Below are positions 61,243 through 64,000 of a stretch of 64,000 bases of DNA, piece by piece. The translations under genes and the position numbers were made by a program. Location: positions 26,238,811 to 26,302,810 of the forward strand of contig NC_057720.1 in the NCBI RefSeq assembly GCF_004010195.1. The letters run 5' to 3'. The notes under the pieces were generated by a model, which worked only from the letters and a program-made list of their open reading frames with translations, had not been told where the DNA came from and did no database searches. The DNA comes from Chiloscyllium plagiosum (lineage: Eukaryota). Numbering within the stretch: position 1 is the first letter of the stretch; the number at the start of each line of letters is the position of its first letter.

Positions 61243-62249
61243 CTATCAGGTCGGCTGTGATACCATACGCATAAATAGATGAAGATTGAAGGTCATTCTC
61301 TCCATTGTTAGAGTTGCCAACGAGAGACATTGACTAAGAATTGTGTCTGTGGAAAGTCTTCTTGCAGCTTTAAGTGCCCCTTAAGGCAGTTCAAATTATT
61401 GACTAGCCTACAATGCAATGCTCGAGAGCATTGAGAAGGCACCTATAAAGGGCTCTTATGGCACACAGTAAATGTAATCCTTTAGCAGTAAGTAGTACAG
61501 ATGGAAATGTGTACAGGTGACTTCTCCCGAATCTGTCAACACTTGGGGAGGATATTTGTGGAACGTTATCAGGAGCAGCAAGATGTTTTCTAATGTAGAT
61601 TGCAAATGGAACAAAAGATGATCACAGCTGCAGTTTAGCAGTATCAAAATGATTAACAAACTGGCATTTTATTGGTGTTCAGCTGAAGGAAAAGTTTGAC
61701 CACAACAATGAACTTGTTACTGCTCTCCAAATAGTGCCACAGAATATTAAATTCCAAATCAACCCTTGGAACATGTTGCTCTGATCCAGGATCAAGCAAA
61801 GAGCATTTAACAATGCAACCCTCTCGCAGCACTCTGTAGTGACGAGCTGGCCAATATTATATGCTCAAGTGTGGGACTAAAGAGTTTGAGATAAGAGTGC
61901 TACCTCATTAACAAAGGTACCATCAGATTGCAAGGCACAGGATTACATACTGTCCATAAGAAAACAAGGCCATAAGAAACAGAGCCAGCACACAAGCCTG
62001 TGCCACTACTCAATAAGATCATTGCTAATCTTTCATATAGTCTTTCACTTGTTCACCCAACCCTTAAACCATTTGATTCCCTGAGTGCTCTCTCTAAGCG
62101 GCACAGCTGTGCAGCCACTTTGAAGATTTGTGCACACCAGTTGAACGCCAATGCTATTCCCAGCATGAACTTCCGGTTTCTGATGTCCTCAGAGTCCATG
62201 CAAAGGAAAATAAATTAGAACATAGCTTAATTGAAAGGTCAACCACATT

Positions 62250-64000
62250 CTCCAAGATAAGCAATGGTTGGCCTTCCCATGATAATCATCTGTAAAAGAT
62301 TTTTATTCCCTTTTGAGAATTTCCTTTTGAAGCACTGGAACCTCACTCATTAACCTTAGCAGAACATTTTTCTTAGCTAACCGTTCATCGTGATTCTCGT
62401 ATTCTAAACATTTACATGACAGAGAGACTGTTTGCTCAGTCAATAAATCTCTTTGATGTGCTAACTGCATGAGAACATTGGCTATCTGTGTGAAGATTTT
62501 TTACAAATCTTCTGCAGATCTTTTTTTCTCAGTCTGCCAGGTTTGATTATGTTTTGTGACTGCCATTAAGTGGGTTCTTTGTTCAGTAGTTCCTGCTCAG
62601 TAAATGTATTTCTCTAACTCCTCATCCATGTTAATGTTTTTAAGCTTTGTTGATTGTTTGACTTCCAAGATTTTCTGAGCTAGTACAGGGATGCCGAATT
62701 TCTGTCATATGTGCTTATTCTTTCTCTTCTATATTAATGAAACTCTTTAAAGAAGAATGTTGAGGTTTCCTTATCAGGGGCACTGTATCTGAAGAGTGCA
62801 ATAAGGTCCATGTGCTCTTCATCCAACAGATCATGTGTCTCTGTAGCAGTAACATACTTCTCCACTGTTTCCACAAAGACCAAGTTAAGGTCTAGACCCT
62901 TATCTTGAGACAAGTCACTATCATCCTTGCTTTCAACTCTTCTAGCACTTTTTTCAAAGAGAGATGCAAATTCGACAATACCCTCCTGTGGTCCTAGAGA
63001 TGGCATTCCACCAATGAAGTCTGTCTGATTCGGAAATGACTCAGCTTTGATCTCCGCTGCAGCTGGTGAAGAAAGGAGGTTCAAAGCTATCTATGCAGAT
63101 CCGATTAATAATTAATGACACTAATTAGGAATGACATTCAAGGTTTCTATAATCTCTGTTCCGTTGTAATGAAGTGTAGCATTCATCTCATCGTTTACTC
63201 TGCACTTAGTACCTCCTGAGCTGAAAATAAAATGCTCTACAGATTTTTGGTCTCATCTACATAAATTGATACACCCCATATCTAATTTGAAATGAACTTT
63301 TTTTTCACCATTCACTGTGAGATCTGTACAAGATAAATTGTCTTGCGGGTCTATCATATCACTTATTAAGAATGCATTTCAGTCATTCCGGTCCTTGATA
63401 GCATTCACTTCTTGAACCATTGCAAACTGAAGCAATCTGCCTTTAAATTTGCAAGCGGCAGATTGAAAACTCATGTTGCTGCTTCAACAAACTGCCTGAA
63501 AATGGCCTATCCTGTAGCATGCTGAAAATGTGTTGCTGGAAAAGCGCAGCAGGTCAGGCAGCATCCAAGGAGCAGGAGGAAGGTGGTGCTGAGTTTGAGG
63601 GATTTGACTGAGACAAGGTGGGGGGAGGGGAAATGAGGAAACTGGAGAAATCTGAGTTCATCCCTTGTGGTTGGAGGTTTCCTAGGCGGATGATGAGGCG
63701 TTCTTCCTCCATCTATCCTGTAGCATACATAGCATTAATCATCAGTGATTTATCAGGTTTGGCACTGATGTGGGAGTTTTCTGCCAAAATGCAAACAAGA
63801 TGGCAATGATGGCAGCGGTGCTGTCTCTCCGTTGTGGATTTTAATTTACTGGCCCACTGTTACCTCTCTGAATGAGTTAGGCTGAGTCAGAATCTGCAGT
63901 CTGCTTCAGGAAAATGTCTGCCCACTGGAATAAAAAGTTCATTTCACTCGCAAAGTTCAGCCTGTCTGACATACTGCACTTTTATTTTTGTAACTTAAGA
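62250..64000 (-). mobile_element. Highly degraded Gypsy gag-pol
   Basis: Minus-strand zinc knuckle CYVCYRIGHFQAVC once the 63521-63726 insert plus one TSD copy is removed. Protease-like FKLDMG at ~63280; RT-like FGI..NMDE at ~62620-62700. Confidence 0.6.
63521..63712 (-). mobile_element. Internally deleted PLE terminus with 14-bp TSD
   Basis: TSD CTATCCTGTAGCAT at 63507-63520 and 63713-63726. Start matches 57224-57280; the ribozyme region is missing. Confidence 0.88.

Overview
Repeat-dense vertebrate genomic DNA with no recognisable host protein-coding gene. The repeat set (HE1/V-SINE-like SINEs, HER1-like CR1 LINEs, a Deu-domain SINE, Penelope-like elements, Gypsy LTR elements) points to a cartilaginous fish, probably a shark; this is an inference from recognising the families. 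Contents: a 41-bp minisatellite (1-1541); a near full-length CR1 with esterase ORF1 (21219-25186) and many truncated CR1s; a two-LTR Gmr1-like Gypsy element with integrase before RT (39537-45906); three heavily decayed Gypsy elements; two probable solo LTRs; a Harbinger Myb remnant; about 9 HE1-like SINEs. The most striking signal is about 15 Penelope-like element (PLE) termini. Most carry a minimal hammerhead ribozyme motif (CUGANGA-stem II-GAAA-NN-UH) whose stems co-vary across about four subfamilies. Many are inserted as hairpin palindromes with 12-16 bp target-site duplications (TSDs), and in the short ones the symmetry centre falls on the ribozyme. A 212-N assembly gap lies at 32409-32620. 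Boundaries of decayed elements are approximate, and all calls were made by eye.
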